Notes under the pieces: generated by a model | The model's database searches: none | Told to the model about the DNA's origin: nothing | The model's input: the letters and a program-made list of their open reading frames with translations, nothing else | Assembly: GCA_965235115.1 (NCBI GenBank) | Contig: OZ249436.1 | Span: 44,084,001-44,148,000 of the forward strand | Direction: 5' to 3' | DNA from: Laetmonice hystrix | Taxonomy: Eukaryota | Length of the DNA: 64,000 nt | Position numbers and translations under genes: made by a program | Shown here: positions 12,501-27,500 of the stretch, piece by piece | How the letters are laid out: each line of letters opens with the position of its first letter | Numbering within the stretch: the first letter of the stretch is position 1

Positions 12501-15500
12501 CACCTAGCCGATATGTGATATCTAATCTTACACAACACCTAGCCGATATGAGATATCTAATCTTACACAACACCTAGCCGATATGAGATATCTAATCTTA
12601 CACAACACCTACCCGATATGAGATATCTAATCTTACACAACACCTAGCCGATATGAGATATCTAATCTTACACAACACCTAGCCGATATGAGATATCTAA
12701 TCTTACACAACACCTACCCGATATGAGATATTTAAACTGCTGACACCACGTGTCTACAAGCACGTGTCTGTCTATGTTAGGAGTGTTACTTAACGCGGGA
12801 GATCCACATGTCTACTTACCCCCATTATCGGTCACGAAGGCCGGGTTGTCCTTGGCAGGTAGTCGATACTTGTCGTCTGGTCGGGCTGACCTCCTACATC
12901 CCCAGTACGACGGAGACACCGGGAAGTACCACGGCTGGGCCAAGCCAAACTTACCTAGATTATCAATAACAATAAGGAAATATGTCATTAAAAATCTATA
13001 CAATAAAGGTACGAGCAGTAGCCTACATAAGGCAAATGATTATAATATTATTATAGGCAGACCTGCCAAACTATCTGTGATTCTTTACTCCGTATACAAC
13101 CCGGACGATATTTCTGATAAGGTGTTTACGTAGACATTGCAATGTGCACGGCAGGCTTCGGTTTATTAATGAGGTCAGACTTTATACGGGTTTGATGTAT
13201 TGTAATGATGTGTTTAAGGGCGGGAGGCAAGGGGCTCTTTTCTAACATTAATTTTAAAGTAAGTACGTGTAGTTATGTTTCCTACCAACTCGCCAGGAGA
13301 TCTTGGCAGTGGCAGATTTAAGACGGGGGGGGGGGGGGGGGGGGTACTGGCCCCCCTTGGCCCAAACCTAGATCCGCGCCTGCTTGGTGTTTGCCTATTA
13401 CACAGAAACATGCCATGATTTGGCAGGAAGCCACCTACAAAAGACCGTGATGTGCCTATCCCTGTTTGTGCAATGTTTTTTGTAATCCCAGCCATGTTTG
13501 GCGTATATTTCAGTCATGTCACGTGTCATGCGGGGTGTTGACCCGTAACCTTACCCGGGTTAACGTGGGAGATGTACCAGCCGAGTAGTCCATAGAGGGC
13601 GCTGTCGATGAGCATCATGCCGCATGCCCAGATGAACGAGAAGCCACCGTAACCATAGTGAGCGTTGTCCCACTGGACACCAACCGACTGCTGCTCAAGG
13701 TCAGCCATCATTTGACCTCCGTAACTGAACGCACACGTCGCCGACAGACTCTGAGGACGCCAGTATACAAAGTGTTAGATTTCACACAGAATATATACGT
13801 AGATAATGCGATTGTATATAGTGATCGACGGAGAGAGAAAGGTGACTTCTGTCGGTAGAGGGTGAAGGGAGAACCATCACGTTTTTGCGAGGGTGCCGAA
13901 TTCCCCCAGTTTCAGGTTTATTCCGATACATAATTGGGGTGATTTATTTGGACCTTTGCCCGCACCCTCAGCACACAGGTCTACTACCTCTGCTCGGGAC
14001 ACAACGCTACCAACAGATAGACAAAGGGATTTATTAGGCGTTATTACCTAACCCCGCTCTTAACTTTTGAATGAAACGAAAGCGAATTCCCGCGCCGATA
14101 TCATCAGGGGGAACAAAATGAAATACTCACGATGACAATACGATGCCAGAACTCTAGGTGTGCCGCCATGGAGACGACAATAATATAGGGCAGGTAGGAG
14201 ATAAGATAGATCAAAAGTCCCGCCAAGGCCGCCAGGGTGGCACGCTGGAAGAGGGACCCGATCAGGTAGCTGAGGACGCAAACACAAAACCAAGGTGTCA
14301 ACTCCAACATGTACAACCGTGTGGACAGGAAAATAAAAATAAAATGAAAATGACGAGGAAAAGTGTCGGTTTGTATCGAAGCACTGCGTTTGGAACGGGA
14401 TATTCCTGCATCTGCCGCGAATTACATCGACTTGAATGGTATGCATCTTGAAATTGTGCTGGTATTCCCGACATGGGTGGTAGAACCAGATACAATACAT
14501 GCAGGCCCAAGAACCTCCTTGATAAATTCAATCCAATTCAGACGCCTTGACTCCAGGGGCGTATCCAGAAATTGGTTAGGGAAGAGGGGGTTCCTAAGTT
14601 CAGGTACTTCAGAGATGGCCTTAGGCCATGCTTCTCTGAGAAATTAAAAAAAAATACATCAAATAATGCAATCTTGTTTGGAAATATGAAGATTTCCTTT
14701 GGTTAAAATAATGCACTTTTTACACTCACTGACTCTGAGAATCAGGAAGACACAGGTGTTACAGGTAGAGACAGGTGGCGATGTTACCTGAGCATGGTGG
14801 TGGTGAGGGAGAAGTCACACAGGTAGAGACAGGTGGCGATGTTACCTGAGCATGGTGGTGGTGAGGGAGAAGTCACACAGGTAGAGACAGGTGGGGATGT
14901 TACCTGAGCATGGTGGTGGTGAGGGAGAAGTCACACAGGTAGAGACAGGTGGCGATGTTACCTGAGCATGGTGGTGGTGAGGGAGAAGTCACACAGGTAG
15001 AGACAGGTGGCGATGTTACCTGAGCATGGTGGTGGTGAGGGAGAAGTCACACAGGTAGAGACAGGTGGGGATGTTACCTGAGCATGGTGGTGGTGAGGGA
15101 GAAGTCACACAGGTAGAGACAGGTGGCGATGTTACCTGAGCATGGTGGGGGTGAGGGAGAAGTCACACAGGTAGAGACAGGTGGCGATGTTACCTGAGCA
15201 TGGTGGTGGTGGTGAGAAGTCACACAGGTAGAGACAGGTGGCGATGTTACCTGAGCATGGTGGTGGTGAGGGAGAAGTCACACAGGTAGAGACAGGTGGG
15301 GATGTTACCTGAGCATCGTGGTGAGGGAGAAGTCACACAGGTAGAGACAGGTGGGGATGTTACCTAAGCATGGTGGTGGTGAGGGAGAAGTCACACAGGT
15401 AGAGACAGGTGGGGATGTTACCTGAGCATGGTGGTGGTGAGAAGTCACACAGGTAGAGACAGGTGGGGATGTTACCTGAGCATGGTGGTGGTGGTGAAAA

Positions 15501-18500
15501 GTCACACAGGTAGAGACAGGTGGCGATGTTACCTGAGCATGGTGGTGGTGAGGGAGAAGTCACACAGGTAGAGACAGGTGGCGATGTTACCTGAGCATGG
15601 TGGTGGTGGTGAGAAGTCACACAGGTAGAGACAGGTGGGGATGTTACCTGAGCATGGTGGTGGTGAGGGAGAAGTCACACAGGTAGAGACAGGTGGGGAT
15701 GTTACCTGAGCATGGTGGTGGTGGTGAGAAGTCACACAGGTAGAGACAGGTGGCGATGTTACCTGAGCATGGTGGTGGTGAGGGAGAAGTCACACAGGTA
15801 GAGACAGGTGGGGATGTTACCTGAGCATGGTGGTGGTGGTGAGAAGTCACACAGGTAGAGACAGGTGGCGATGTTACCTGAGCATGGTGGTGGTGAGGGA
15901 GAAGTCACACAGGTAGAGACAGGTGGGGATGTTACCTGAGCATGGTGGTGGTGAGGGAGAAGTCACACAGGTAGAGACAGGTGGGGATGTTACCTGAGCA
16001 TGGTGGTGGTGAGGGAGAAGTCACACAGGTAGAGACAGGTGGCGATGTTACCTGAGCATGGTGGTGGTGAGGGAGAAGTCACACAGGTAGAGACAGGTGG
16101 GGATGTTACCTGAGCATGGTGGTGGTGGTGAGAAGTCACACAGGTAGAGACAGGTGGGGATGTTACCTGAGCATGGTGGTGGTGAGGGAGAAGTCACACA
16201 GGTAGAGACAGGTGGGGATGTTACCTGAGCATGGTGGTGGTGAGGGAGAAGTCACACAGGTAGAGACAGGTGGGGATGTTACCTGAGCATGGTGGTGGTG
16301 AGGGAGAAGTCACACAGGTAGAGACAGGTGGCGATGTTACCTGAGCATGGTGGTGGTGAGGGAGAAGTCACACAGGTAGAGACAGGTGGCGATGTTACCT
16401 GAGCATGGTGGTGGTGAGGGAGAAGTCACACAGGTAGAGACAGGTGGGGATGTTACCTGAGCATGGTGGTGGTGAGGGAGAAGTCACACAGGTAGAGACA
16501 GGTGGCGATGTTACCTGAGCATGGTGGTGGTGAGGGAGAAGTCACACAGGTAGAGACAGGTGGCGATGTTACCTGAGCATGGTGGTGGTGAGGGAGAAGT
16601 CACACAGGTAGAGACAGGTGGCGATGTTACCTGAGCATGGTGGTGGTGAGGGAGAAGTCACACAGGTAGAGACAGGTGGGGATGTTACCTGAGCATGGTG
16701 GTGGTGAGGGAGAAGTCACACAGGTAGAGACAGGTGGCGATGTTACCTGAGCATGGTGGTGGTGAGAGAGAAGTCACACAGGTAGAGACAGGTGGCGATG
16801 TTACCTGAGCATGGTGGTGGTGAGGGAGAAGTCACACAGGTAGAGACAGGTGGCGATGTTACCTGAGCATGGTGGTGGTGAGGGAGAAGTCACACAGGTA
16901 GAGACAGGTGGGGATGTTACCTGAGCATGGTGGTGGTGAGGGAGAAGTCACACAGGTAGAGACAGGTAGGGATGTTACCTGAGCATGGTGGTGGGGGTGA
17001 GAAGTCACACAGGTAGAGACAGGTGGGGATGTTACCTGAGCATGGTGGTGGTGAGGGAGAAGTCACACAGGTAGAGACAGGTGGGGATGTTACCTGAGCA
17101 TGGTGGTGGGGGTGAGAAGTCACACAGGTAGAGACAGGTGGCGATGTTACCTGAGCATGGTGGTGGTGAGGGAGAAGTCACACAGGTAGAGACAGGTGGC
17201 GATGTTACCTGAGCATGGTGGTGGTGAGGGAGAAGTCACACAGGTAGAGACAGGTGGGGATGTTACCTGAGCATGGTGGTGGTGAGGGAGAAGTCACACA
17301 GGTAGAGACAGGTGGCGATGTTACCTGAGCATGGTGGTGGTGAGGGAGAAGTCACACAGGTAGAGACAGGTGGGGATGTTACCTGAGCATGGTGGTGGTG
17401 AGGGAGAAGTCACACAGGTAGAGACAGGTGGGGATGTTACCTGAGCATGGTGGTGGTGGTGAGAAGTCACACAGGTAGAGACAGGTGGGGATGTTACCTG
17501 AGCATGGTGGTGGTGAGGGAGAAGTCACACAGGTAGAGACAGGTGGGGATGTTACCTGAGCATGGTGGTGGTGGTGAGGGAGAAGTCACACAGGTAGAGA
17601 CAGGTGGGGATGTTACCTGAGCATGGTGGTGGTGAGGGAGAAGTCACACAGGTAGAGACAGGTGGCGATGTTACCTGAGCATGGTGGTGGTGGTGAGAAG
17701 TCACACAGGTAGAGACAGGTGGGGATGTTACCTGAGCATGGTGGTGGTGAGGGAGAAGTCACACAGGTAGAGACAGGTGGCGATGTTACCTGAGCATGGT
17801 GGTGGTGAGGGAGAAGTCACACAGGTAGAGACAGGTGGCGATGTTACCTGAGCATGGTGGTGGTGAGGGAGAAGTCACACAGGTAGAGACAGGTGGCGAT
17901 GTTACCTGAGCATGGTGGTGGTGAGGGAGAAGTCACACAGGTAGAACCAGGTGGGGATGTTACCTGAGCATGGTGGTGGTGAGGGAGAAGTCACACAGGT
18001 AGAGACAGGTGGCGATGTTACCTGAGCATGGTGGTGGTGAGGGAGAAGTCACACAGGTAGAGACAGGTGGCGATGTTACCTGAGCATGGTGGTGGTGGTG
18101 AGAAGTCACACAGGTAGAGACAGGTGGGGATGTTACCTGAGCATGGTGGTGGTGAGGGAGAAGTCACACAGGTAGAGACAGGTGGGGATGTTACCTGAGC
18201 ATGGTGGTGGTGAGGGAGAAGTCACACAGGTAGAGACAGGTGGCGATGTTACCTGAGCATGGTGGTGGTGAGGGAGAAGTCACACATGTAGAGACAGGTG
18301 GCGATGTTACCTGAGCATGGTGGTGGTGAGGGAGAAGTCACACAGGTAGAGACAGGTGGGGATGTTACCTGAGCATGGTGGTGGTGAGGGAGAAGTCACA
18401 CAGGTAGAGACAGGTGGCGATGTTACCTGAGCATGGTGGTGGTGAGGGAGAAGTCACACAGGTAGAGACAGGTGGGGATGTTACCTGAGCATGGTGGTGG

Positions 18501-21500
18501 GGGTGAGAAGTCACACAGGTAGAGACAGGTGGCGATGTTACCTGAGCATGGTGGGGGTGAGGGAGAAGTCACACAGGTAGAGACAGGTGGGGATGTTACC
18601 TGAGCATGGTGGTGGTGGTGAGAAGTCACACAGGTAGAGACAGGTGGCGATGTTACCTGAGCATGGTGGTGGTGAGGGAGAAGTCACACAGGTAGAGACA
18701 GGTGGCGATGTTACCTGAGCATGGTGGTGGTGAGGGAGAAGTCACACAGGTAGAGACAGGTGGGGATGTTACCTGAGCATGGTGGTGGTGAGGGAGAAGT
18801 CACACAGGTAGAGACAGGTGGCGATGTTACCTGAGCATGGTGGTGGTGAGAGAGAAGTCACACAGGTAGAGACAGGTGGGGATGTTACCTGAGCATGGTG
18901 GTGGTGAGGGAGAAGTCACACAGGTAGAGACAGGTGGCGATGTTTCCTGAGCATGGTGGTGGTGAGAGAGAAGTCACACAGGTAGAGACAGGTGGGGATG
19001 TTACCTGAGCATGGTGGTGGTGGTGAGAAGTCACACAGGTAGAGAGAGGTGGCGATGTTACCTGAGCATGGTGGTGGTGAGGGAGAAGTCACACAGGTAG
19101 AGACAGGTGGGGATGTTACCTGAGCACGGTGGTGGTGAGGGAGAAGTCACACAGGTAGAGACAGGTGGCGATGTTACCTGAGCATGGTGGTGGTGGTGAG
19201 AAGTCACACAGGTAGAGACAGGTGGCGATGTTACCTGAGCATGGTGGTGGTGGTGAGAAGTCACACAGGTAGAGACAGGTGGGGATGTTACCTGAGCATG
19301 GTGGTGGTGGTGAGAAGTCACACAGGTAGAGACAGGTGGCGATGTTACCTGAGCATGGTGGTGGTGAGGGAGAAGTCACACAGGTAGAGACAGGTGGCGA
19401 TGTTACCTGAGCATGGTGGTGGTGGTGAGAAGTCACACAGGTAGAGACAGGTGTGGATGTTACCTGAGCATGGTGGTGGTGGTGAGAAGTCACACAGGTA
19501 GAGACAGGTGGCGATGTTACCTGAGCATGGTGGTGGTGAGGGAGAAGTCACACAGGTAGAGACAGGTGGGGATGTTACCTGAGCATGGTGGTGGTGAGAG
19601 GTAGAGACAGGTAGGGATGTTACCTGAGCATGGTGGTGGTGAGAAGTCACACAGGTAGAGACAGGTGGCGATGTTACCTGAGCATGGTGGTGGTGAGGGA
19701 GAAGTCACACAGGTAGAGACAGGTAGGGATGTTACCTGAGCATGGTGGTGGGGGTGAGAAGTCACACAGGTAGAGACAGGTGGGGATGTTACCTGAGCAT
19801 GGTGGTGGTGAGGGAGAAGTCACACAGGTAGAGACAGGTGGGGATGTTACCTGAGCATGGTGGTGGTGAGGGAGAAGTCACACAGGTAGAGACAGGTGGG
19901 GATGTTACCTGAGCATGGTGGTGGTGAGGGAGAAGTCACACAGGTAGAGACAGGTGGCGATGTTACCTGAGCATGGTGGTGGTGAGGGAGAAGTCACACA
20001 GGTAGAGACAGGTGGGGATGTTACCTGAGCATGGTGGTGGTGGTGAGAAGTCACACAGGTAGAGACAGGTGGCGATGTTACCTGAGCATGGTGGTGGTGA
20101 GGGAGAAGTCACACAGGTAGAGACAGGTAGGGATGTTACCTGAGCATGGTGGTGGGGGTGAGAAGTCACACAGGTAGAGACAGGTGGGGATGTTACCTGA
20201 GCATGGTGGTGGTGAGGGAGAAGTCACACAGGTAGAGACAGGTGGGGATGTTACCTGAGCATGGTGGTGGTGGTGAGAAGTCACACAGGTAGAGACAGGT
20301 GGGGATGTTACCTGAGCATGGTGGTGGTGAGGGAGAAGTCACACAGGTAGAGACAGGTGGGGATGTTACCTGAGCATGGTGGTGGTGAGGGAGAAGTCAC
20401 ACAGGTAGAGACAGGTGGGGATGTTACCTGAGCATGGTGGTGGTGAGGGAGAAGTCACACAGGTAGAGACAGGTGGGGATGTTACCTGAGCATGGTGGTG
20501 GTGAGGGAGAAGTCACACAGGTAGAGACAGGTGGGGATGTTACCTGAGCATGGTGGTGGTGAGGGAGAAGTCACACAGGTAGAGACAGGTAGAGCGATGT
20601 TTCCTGAGCATGGTGGTGGTGGTGAGAAGTCACACAGGTAGAGACAGGTGGGGATGTTACCTGAGCATGGTGGTGGTGGTGAGAAGTCACACAGGTAGAG
20701 ACAGGTGGGGATGTTACCTGAGCATGGTGGTGGTGAGGGAGAAGTCACACAGGTAGAGACAGGTGGGGATGTTACCTGAGCATGGTGGTCGTGGTGAGAA
20801 GTCACACAGGTAGAGACAGGTGGGGATGTTACCTGAGCATGGTGGTGGTGAGGGAGAAGTCACACAGGTAGAGACAGGTGGCGATGTTACCTGAGCATGG
20901 TGGTGGTGAGGGAGAAGTCACACAGGTAGAGACAGGTGGGGATGTTACCTGAGCATGGTGGTGGTGAGGGAGAAGTCACACAGGTAGAGACAGGTGGCGA
21001 TGTTACCTGAGCATGGTGGTGGTGAGGGAGAAGTCACACAGGTAGAGACAGGTGGCGATGTTACCTGAGCATGGTGGTGGTGAGGGAGAAGTCACACAGG
21101 TAGAGACAGGTGGCGATGTTACCTGAGCATGGTGGGGGTGAGGGAGAAGTCACACAGGTAGAGACAGGTGGGGATGTTACCTGAGCATGGTGGTGGTGAG
21201 GGAGAAGTCACACAGGTAGAGACAGGTGGGGATGTTACCTGAGCATGGTGGTGGTGAGGGAGAAGTCACACAGGTAGAGACAGGTGGGGATGTTACCTGA
21301 GCATGGTGGTGGTGAGGGAGAAGTCACACAGGTAGAGACAGGTGGCGATGTTACCTGAGCATGGTGGTGGTGAGGGAGAAGTCACACAGGTAGAGACAGG
21401 TGGGGATGTTACCTGAGCATGGTGGTGGTGGTGAGAAGTCACACAGGTAGAGACAGGTGGCGATGTTACCTGAGCATGGTGGTGGTGAGGGAGAAGTCAC

Positions 21501-24500
21501 ACAGATAGAGACAGGTGGCGATGTTACCTGAGCATGGTGGTGGTGAGGGAGAAGTCACACAGGTAGAGACAGGTAGGGATGTTACCTGAGCATGGTGGTG
21601 GGGGTGAGAAGTCACACAGGTAGAGACAGGTGGGGATGTTACCTGAGCATGGTGGTGGTGAGAAGTCACACAGGTAGAGACAGGTGGGGATGTTACCTGA
21701 GCATGGTGGTGGTGAGAGAGAAGTCACACAGGTAGAGACAGGTGGCGATGTTACCTGAGCATGGTGGTGGTGAGGGAGAAGTCACACAGGTAGAGACAGG
21801 TGGCGATGTTTCCTGAGCATGGTGGTGGTGAGAGAGAAGTCACACAGGTAGAGACAGGTGGGGATGTTACCTGAGCATGGTGGTGGTGGTGAGAAGTCAC
21901 ACAGGTAGAGAGAGGTGGCGATGTTACCTGAGCATGGTGGTGGTGAGGGAGAAGTCACACAGGTAGAGACAGGTGGGGATGTTACCTGAGCACGGTGGTG
22001 GTGAGGGAGAAGTCACACAGGTAGAGACAGGTGGCGATGTTACCTGAGCATGGTGGTGGTGGTGAGAAGTCACACAGGTAGAGACAGGTGGCGATGTTAC
22101 CTGAGCATGGTGGTGGTGGTGAGAAGTCACACAGGTAGAGACAGGTGGGGATGTTACCTGAGCATGGTGGTGGTGGTGAGAAGTCACACAGGTAGAGACA
22201 GGTGGCGATGTTACCTGAGCATGGTGGTGGTGAGGGAGAAGTCACACAGGTAGAGACAGGTGGCGATGTTACCTGAGCATGGTGGTGGTGGTGAGAAGTC
22301 ACACAGGTAGAGACAGGTGTGGATGTTACCTGAGCATGGTGGTGGTGGTGAGAAGTCACACAGGTAGAGACAGGTGGCGATGTTACCTGAGCATGGTGGT
22401 GGTGAGGGAGAAGTCACACAGGTAGAGACAGGTGGGGATGTTACCTGAGCATGGTGGTGGTGAGAGGTAGAGACAGGTAGGGATGTTACCTGAGCATGGT
22501 GGTGGTGAGAAGTCACACAGGTAGAGACAGGTGGCGATGTTACCTGAGCATGGTGGTGGTGAGGGAGAAGTCACACAGGTAGAGACAGGTAGGGATGTTA
22601 CCTGAGCATGGTGGTGGGGGTGAGAAGTCACACAGGTAGAGACAGGTGGGGATGTTACCTGAGCATGGTGGTGGTGAGGGAGAAGTCACACAGGTAGAGA
22701 CAGGTGGGGATGTTACCTGAGCATGGTGGTGGTGAGGGAGAAGTCACACAGGTAGAGACAGGTGGGGATGTTACCTGAGCATGGTGGTGGTGAGGGAGAA
22801 GTCACACAGGTAGAGACAGGTGGCGATGTTACCTGAGCATGGTGGTGGTGAGGGAGAAGTCACACAGGTAGAGACAGGTGGGGATGTTACCTGAGCATGG
22901 TGGTGGTGGTGAGAAGTCACACAGGTAGAGACAGGTGGCGATGTTACCTGAGCATGGTGGTGGTGAGGGAGAAGTCACACAGGTAGAGACAGGTAGGGAT
23001 GTTACCTGAGCATGGTGGTGGGGGTGAGAAGTCACACAGGTAGAGACAGGTGGGGATGTTACCTGAGCATGGTGGTGGTGAGGGAGAAGTCACACAGGTA
23101 GAGACAGGTGGGGATGTTACCTGAGCATGGTGGTGGTGGTGAGAAGTCACACAGGTAGAGACAGGTGGGGATGTTACCTGAGCATGGTGGTGGTGAGGGA
23201 GAAGTCACACAGGTAGAGACAGGTGGGGATGTTACCTGAGCATGGTGGTGGTGAGGGAGAAGTCACACAGGTAGAGACAGGTGGGGATGTTACCTGAGCA
23301 TGGTGGTGGTGAGGGAGAAGTCACACAGGTAGAGACAGGTGGGGATGTTACCTGAGCATGGTGGTGGTGAGGGAGAAGTCACACAGGTAGAGACAGGTGG
23401 GGATGTTACCTGAGCATGGTGGTGGTGAGGGAGAAGTCACACAGGTAGAGACAGGTAGAGCGATGTTTCCTGAGCATGGTGGTGGTGGTGAGAAGTCACA
23501 CAGGTAGAGACAGGTGGGGATGTTACCTGAGCATGGTGGTGGTGGTGAGAAGTCACACAGGTAGAGACAGGTGGGGATGTTACCTGAGCATGGTGGTGGT
23601 GAGGGAGAAGTCACACAGGTAGAGACAGGTGGGGATGTTACCTGAGCATGGTGGTCGTGGTGAGAAGTCACACAGGTAGAGACAGGTGGGGATGTTACCT
23701 GAGCATGGTGGTGGTGAGGGAGAAGTCACACAGGTAGAGACAGGTGGCGATGTTACCTGAGCATGGTGGTGGTGAGGGAGAAGTCACACAGGTAGAGACA
23801 GGTGGGGATGTTACCTGAGCATGGTGGTGGTGAGGGAGAAGTCACACAGGTAGAGACAGGTGGCGATGTTACCTGAGCATGGTGGTGGTGAGGGAGAAGT
23901 CACACAGGTAGAGACAGGTGGCGATGTTACCTGAGCATGGTGGTGGTGAGGGAGAAGTCACACAGGTAGAGACAGGTGGCGATGTTACCTGAGCATGGTG
24001 GGGGTGAGGGAGAAGTCACACAGGTAGAGACAGGTGGGGATGTTACCTGAGCATGGTGGTGGTGAGGGAGAAGTCACACAGGTAGAGACAGGTGGGGATG
24101 TTACCTGAGCATGGTGGTGGTGAGGGAGAAGTCACACAGGTAGAGACAGGTGGGGATGTTACCTGAGCATGGTGGTGGTGAGGGAGAAGTCACACAGGTA
24201 GAGACAGGTGGCGATGTTACCTGAGCATGGTGGTGGTGAGGGAGAAGTCACACAGGTAGAGACAGGTGGGGATGTTACCTGAGCATGGTGGTGGTGGTGA
24301 GAAGTCACACAGGTAGAGACAGGTGGCGATGTTACCTGAGCATGGTGGTGGTGAGGGAGAAGTCACACAGATAGAGACAGGTGGCGATGTTACCTGAGCA
24401 TGGTGGTGGTGAGGGAGAAGTCACACAGGTAGAGACAGGTAGGGATGTTACCTGAGCATGGTGGTGGGGGTGAGAAGTCACACAGGTAGAGACAGGTGGG

Positions 24501-27500
24501 GATGTTACCTGAGCATGGTGGTGGTGAGAAGTCACACAGGTAGAGACAGGTGGGGATGTTACCTGAGCATGGTGGTGGTGAGGGAGAAGTCACACAGGTA
24601 GAGACAGGTGGCGATGTTACCTGAGCATGGTGGGGGTGAGGGAGAAGTCACACAGGTAGAGACAGGTGGGGATGTTACCTGAGCATGGTGGTGGGGGTGA
24701 GAAGTCACACAGGTAGAGACAGGTGGGGATGTTACCTGAGCATGGTGGTGGTGAGGGAGAAGTCACACAGGTAGAGACAGGTGGGGATGTTACCTGAGCA
24801 TGGTGGTGGTGGTGAGAAGTCACACAGGTAGAGACAGGTGGGGATGTTACCTGAGCATGGTGGTGGTGAGGGAGAAGTCACACAGGTAGAGACAGGTGGG
24901 GATGTTACCTGAGCATGGTGGTGGTGAGGGAGAAGTCACACAGGTAGAGACAGGTGGGGATGTTACCTGAGCATGGTGGTGGTGAGGGAGAAGTCACACA
25001 GGTAGAGACAGGTGGGGATGTTACCTGACCATGGTGGTGGTGAGGGAGAAGTCACACAGGTAGAGACAGGTGGGGATGTTACCTGAGCATGGTGGTGGTG
25101 AGGGAGAAGTCACACAGGTAGAGACAGGTAGAGCGATGTTACCTGAGCATGGTGGTGGTGGTGAGAAGTCACACAGGTAGAGACAGGTGGGGATGTTACC
25201 TGAGCATGGTGGTGGTGGTGAGAAGTCACACAGGTAGAGACAGGTGGGGATGTTACCTGAGCATGGTGGTGGTGAGGGAGAAGTCACACAGGTAGAGACA
25301 GGTGGGGATGTTACCTGAGCATGGTGGTCGTGGTGAGAAGTCACACAGGTAGAGACAGGTGGGGATGTTACCTGAGCATGGTGGTGGTGAGGGAGAAGTC
25401 ACACAGGTAGAGACAGGTGGCGATGTTACCTGAGCATGGTGGTGGTGAGGGAGAAGTCACACAGGTAGAGACAGGTGGGGATGTTACCTGAGCATGGTGG
25501 TGGTGAGGGAGAAGTCACACAGGTAGAGACAGGTGGCGATGTTACCTGAGCATGGTGGTGGTGAGGGAGAAGTCACACAGGTAGAGACAGGTGGCGATGT
25601 TACCTGAGCATGGTGGTGGTGAGGGAGAAGTCACACAGGTAGAGACAGGTGGCGATGTTACCTGAGCATGGTGGGGGTGAGGGAGAAGTCACACAGGTAG
25701 AGACAGGTGGGGATGTTACCTGAGCATGGTGGTGGTGAGGGAGAAGTCACACAGGTAGAGACAGGTGGGGATGTTACCTGAGCATGGTGGTGGTGAGGGA
25801 GAAGTCACACAGGTAGAGACAGGTGGGGATGTTACCTGAGCATGGTGGTGGTGAGGGAGAAGTCACACAGGTAGAGACAGGTGGCGATGTTACCTGAGCA
25901 TGGTGGTGGTGAGGGAGAAGTCACACAGGTAGAGACAGGTGGGGATGTTACCTGAGCATGGTGGTGGTGGTGAGAAGTCACACAGGTAGAGACAGGTGGC
26001 GATGTTACCTGAGCATGGTGGTGGTGAGGGAGAAGTCACACAGATAGAGACAGGTGGCGATGTTACCTGAGCATGGTGGTGGTGAGGGAGAAGTCACACA
26101 GGTAGAGACAGGTAGGGATGTTACCTGAGCATGGTGGTGGGGGTGAGAAGTCACACAGGTAGAGACAGGTGGGGATGTTACCTGAGCATGGTGGTGGTGA
26201 GAAGTCACACAGGTAGAGACAGGTGGGGATGTTACCTGAGCATGGTGGTGGTGAGGGAGAAGTCACACAGGTAGAGACAGGTGGCGATGTTACCTGAGCA
26301 TGGTGGGGGTGAGGGAGAAGTCACACAGGTAGAGACAGGTGGGGATGTTACCTGAGCATGGTGGTGGGGATGAGAAGTCACACAGGTAGAGACAGGTGGG
26401 GATGTTACCTGAGCATGGTGGTGGTGAGGGAGAAGTCACACAGGTAGAGACAGGTGGGGATGTTACCTGAGCATGGTGGTGGTGGTGAGAAGTCACACAG
26501 GTAGAGACAGGTGGGGATGTTACCTGAGCATGGTGGTGGTGAGGGAGAAGTCACACAGGTAGAGACAGGTGGGGATGTTACCTGAGCATGGTGGTGGTGA
26601 GGGAGAAGTCACACAGGTAGAGACAGGTGGGGATGTTACCTGAGCATGGTGGTGGTGGTGAGAAGTCACACAGGTAGAGACAGGTGGGGATGTTACCTGA
26701 GCATGGTGGTGGTGAGGGAGAAGTCACACAGGTAGAGGAAGACGATCACACCGTTGCTGTAGCGGAGAAGGCGACCAAACTTTAGAAAGAGTGTGATGAT
26801 TGCCGAGATGAGCACCATGAGGGTGAAGGTCGGGATGAACCAGGACAGCCAGGCCGTGCCGCCCCGTAGTCCCATCACCTTCATCGTCTGTAATCACAAC
26901 AGCAAACACTTACCAAACACAACTCTACATTTTGTCCGTTCTACTTCCTTTATTACATTTTCACCATTTTCGGCTCCACATTTCTCAATTTTTGCTTCAC
27001 TTGTGAATTTCCGATTCCCCTTCCCTTCAAACTCCAGTTTATATCAAATCTCTTCAAGATAAAAATGTATTTATCATTTTTGTATCAGGATCCCACATTA
27101 ACAGCGGCTGGAAGGCCGAGTGCGTAATCCTGTAAAATATGCATAATAAAAAAAAATATATAAAAACTCGTTTTCCACTAATGTTACCCACCACATAAAC
27201 AGTATTGAACCAAAGACTGAACTGATCCATTTGGGATCAGCTAAATTACCTGATCCATTCCTGACTCCTTGTCCTTCATAAGGAGCGTTATGCCGCATCC
27301 AATGGCGAACACCCAGGCCAAGGTCATGGCCATGGGGAAGTAATAACGGCTCACGTAGTGCTGAAAGCTGGCCGGACCATCAAACATAACAACTAGTCTC
27401 CCAAAATACGGAATTCTTTAATTAGGATCGTAATGGTAAATATTTTGCCGCTTGTACGGAATGGTTGCTTATTGATTACATATTGATTACATATTGATTA

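Noticed and set aside
14762..26737. His-rich small ORFs or a CRISPR-like array
   Set aside because: Head-to-tail units with no unique spacers, no cas genes, eukaryotic intron context.
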